From Alphaproteobacteria bacterium (GTDB lineage Bacteria; Pseudomonadota; Alphaproteobacteria; JAAXGF01): a DNA stretch of 64,000 nucleotides. Under the pieces are notes generated by a model that was not told where the DNA came from, searched no databases, and saw only the letters and a list, made by a program, of their open reading frames with translations. The translations under genes and the position numbers were made by a program. Below are positions 62,117 to 64,000 of this stretch, piece by piece. Within the stretch, counting starts at the first letter, position 1; each line of letters begins with the position of its first letter. The stretch is taken from positions 1,120,001-1,184,000 of the forward strand of contig CAUVXB020000001.1 of assembly GCA_963555825.3 (NCBI GenBank). Direction: 5' to 3'.

Positions 62117-62192
62117 ATCGCCGCGCCCCACGGGGCCGGGCCTGCGACCGATGCAGGCGTCTCGGCGCTGATATTGGGGGTGACTTAGAGCG

Positions 62193-64000
62193 ATGAATGC
62201 GGTGAAAATCGGGTGGGCAGTCGTCGTCCTGGTGCTGGTATCGACGCCCTCGGCGGGCGCGACGATCGACGGCGGTGAAACCTTCGCCGGGCCTGCCGCG
62301 TCGATCCGGTTCGCCCAGGCCGAGGGGCCGGTCATCGAGGCGCCGCGACGGATCACCACCGACCAGGACACCATCGACTTCACCGGCAGGGTCGCCGGCG
62401 TCGGCTCGGTGATGCTGAGCATCAACGGCGACCCGGTGATGGTCGGTACCGACGGCTCGTTCCACGTGCGCCGCGTGGTTCCCGTCGGTCTTACCAAGCT
62501 GATGCTGATCGCCGAGGACATGGGCGGCGGCCAGACCGAGAACCGCATCCTCGTCAAGCGCCAGATCCAGGCTGCCGAGACCGTCGACTTCGGTAACTAT
62601 CACGCGCTGGTCATCGGCAACAACGACTATCGCGACCTTACCGACCTTGAGACCGCAATGGGCGACGCCGAGGCGGTCGCCGGCATGCTTTCCGAGCGTT
62701 ACGGCTTCGAGGTCGAGGTGCTGACCAACGCGACGCGCTACGACATCATTTCGGCGCTCGGCGCGCTGCGCGCGGCGCTCACCGCATCCGACAACCTGCT
62801 GATATACTATGCCGGGCACGGCGAGCTCGACGTCGATTCCGACGAGGGCTATTGGCTGCCGGTCGACGCCGAGCGCGACAACGTCGTCAACTGGCTGTCG
62901 AACGCGACGATTACCAGTCAGATCAAGGCGATGCGCGCCAAGCATGTCATGGTGGTCGCCGACAGCTGCTATTCGGGCAAGCTGACGCGCGGCGCCGAGA
63001 CCGCCGTCAAGACCGGCGGCGAGCGGAGCGCCTGGCTCACGCGCATGGCGGTGCGGCGTTCACGCACGGCGCTGACCTCCGGCGGCCTCGAGCCCGTGCT
63101 CGACGCCGGCGGCAGTGGCCACTCGGTGTTCGCCAAGGCATTCCTCGAGGCACTCGAAACCAACACAGACGTGCTCGACGGCCAGGCGCTGTTCGACGCT
63201 ATCAAGCGCCCGGTCGTCGTCAACGCCGACCAGACGCCCGATTACGCCGACGTCCGCAATGCGGGCCACGACGGCGGCGATTTCCTGTTCGTGCCGGTCG
63301 GCGTCATGTCGGTCGCGCCGGTCGGGTTCGCAACGGCGCCGGCAACGGCCGACGAGACGGCGCGCGTCGGCACATACGAATCACAGGCGGTCGAACTGGC
63401 CTACTGGCAGTCGATCGAAAACAGCACCGACCCGGCGATGTTCGCCGCCTATCTCGCCGAATTCCCCGATGGCACCTTCGCCGGACTGGCCCGCCTCAAA
63501 CGCGATGCCCTCCTACCATCGGTCGTCCCGGACGCCCGGATCGCGCCGACGGCCGCCCTGACCGACGAGGAGATTCCGCCACCGCCGCCCGAATCGCCGC
63601 GCACCTTCGCCGCCGTCGATCCGGACCTGGCGAAGGGTACGGTGAAGGACCAATACAACGACGCCCATCGTTTCTTGCAGGCTGGCAAATTCGGCAAGGC
63701 GCGGGAGGCGTTTCAGGCATTCATCGACGCCCATCCGAAGAACGACCTGACGGACAATGCCTATTACTGGTTGGGCGAATCGTATTTTTCGAGCAAGAAC
63801 TACAAATCGGCGGCACGCGTCTACGCGTTCGGTTTCGACCGCTTTCCGAAAACCGACAAGGCGCCGGCCCTGCTTCTCAAGCTCGCCGCCGCGCTCGCCA
63901 AATCGGACAAGAAGAGCGATGCTTGCAAGATATTCAAGAACTATGCGAAGACCGTGCCCAAGGCGTCGCGTGACGAGAAGAAACAGGCGAAAACCCTAGC
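62193..64000 (+). CDS. Second secreted caspase-like peptidase with C-terminal CpoB/YbgF-like TPR (runs off window end)
   Basis: Absent from the ORF track because there is no stop; MNAVKIGWAVVVLVLV.., YYAGHG, ADSCYSG, NAYYWLGESYF, KAPALLLKL. Confidence 0.88.
   Translation, partial: MNAVKIGWAVVVLVLVSTPSAGATIDGGETFAGPAASIRFAQAEGPVIEAPRRITTDQDTIDFTGRVAGVGSVMLSINGDPVMVGTDGSFHVRRVVPVGLTKLMLIAEDMGGGQTENRILVKRQIQAAETVDFGNYHALVIGNNDYRDLTDLETAMGDAEAVAGMLSERYGFEVEVLTNATRYDIISALGALRAALTASDNLLIYYAGHGELDVDSDEGYWLPVDAERDNVVNWLSNATITSQIKAMRAKHVMVVADSCYSGKLTRGAETAVKTGGERSAWLTRMAVRRSRTALTSGGLEPVLDAGGSGHSVFAKAFLEALETNTDVLDGQALFDAIKRPVVVNADQTPDYADVRNAGHDGGDFLFVPVGVMSVAPVGFATAPATADETARVGTYESQAVELAYWQSIENSTDPAMFAAYLAEFPDGTFAGLARLKRDALLPSVVPDARIAPTAALTDEEIPPPPPESPRTFAAVDPDLAKGTVKDQYNDAHRFLQAGKFGKAREAFQAFIDAHPKNDLTDNAYYWLGESYFSSKNYKSAARVYAFGFDRFPKTDKAPALLLKLAAALAKSDKKSDACKIFKNYAKTVPKASRDEKKQAKTL

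Overview
GC-rich alphaproteobacterial (Rhodospirillales-like, by gene order) chromosome segment. The backbone carries aapJQMP, bioY, metC, znuA/zur/znuCB, tRNA-Arg(TCT), tRNA-Pro(TGG), rpiA, trmFO, and the conserved run secF-secD-yajC / nlpD-like-pcm-surE-serS-tatCBA-scpBA-nagZ-SPOR-argS-dgt / erpA-xth. There are four IS elements: an IS21 nested inside an ISKra4-like element that splits a GNAT gene, an IS3/IS481-like element with an unusual 14-bp palindromic target duplication, and an IS1380 with a nonsense codon. Several pseudogenes are also present. The most unusual items are: (i) two inverted copies of a non-coding element made of a structured leader, a variable number (7 vs 3) of 20-bp hairpin repeats showing base-pair covariation, and a tail; (ii) a ~280-bp MITE; (iii) a 34-bp VNTR; (iv) two tandem signal-peptide-bearing caspase-like proteases, one with an in-frame TGA and one fused to a CpoB/YbgF-like TPR domain. 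All calls come from reading the sequence; no searches were run.
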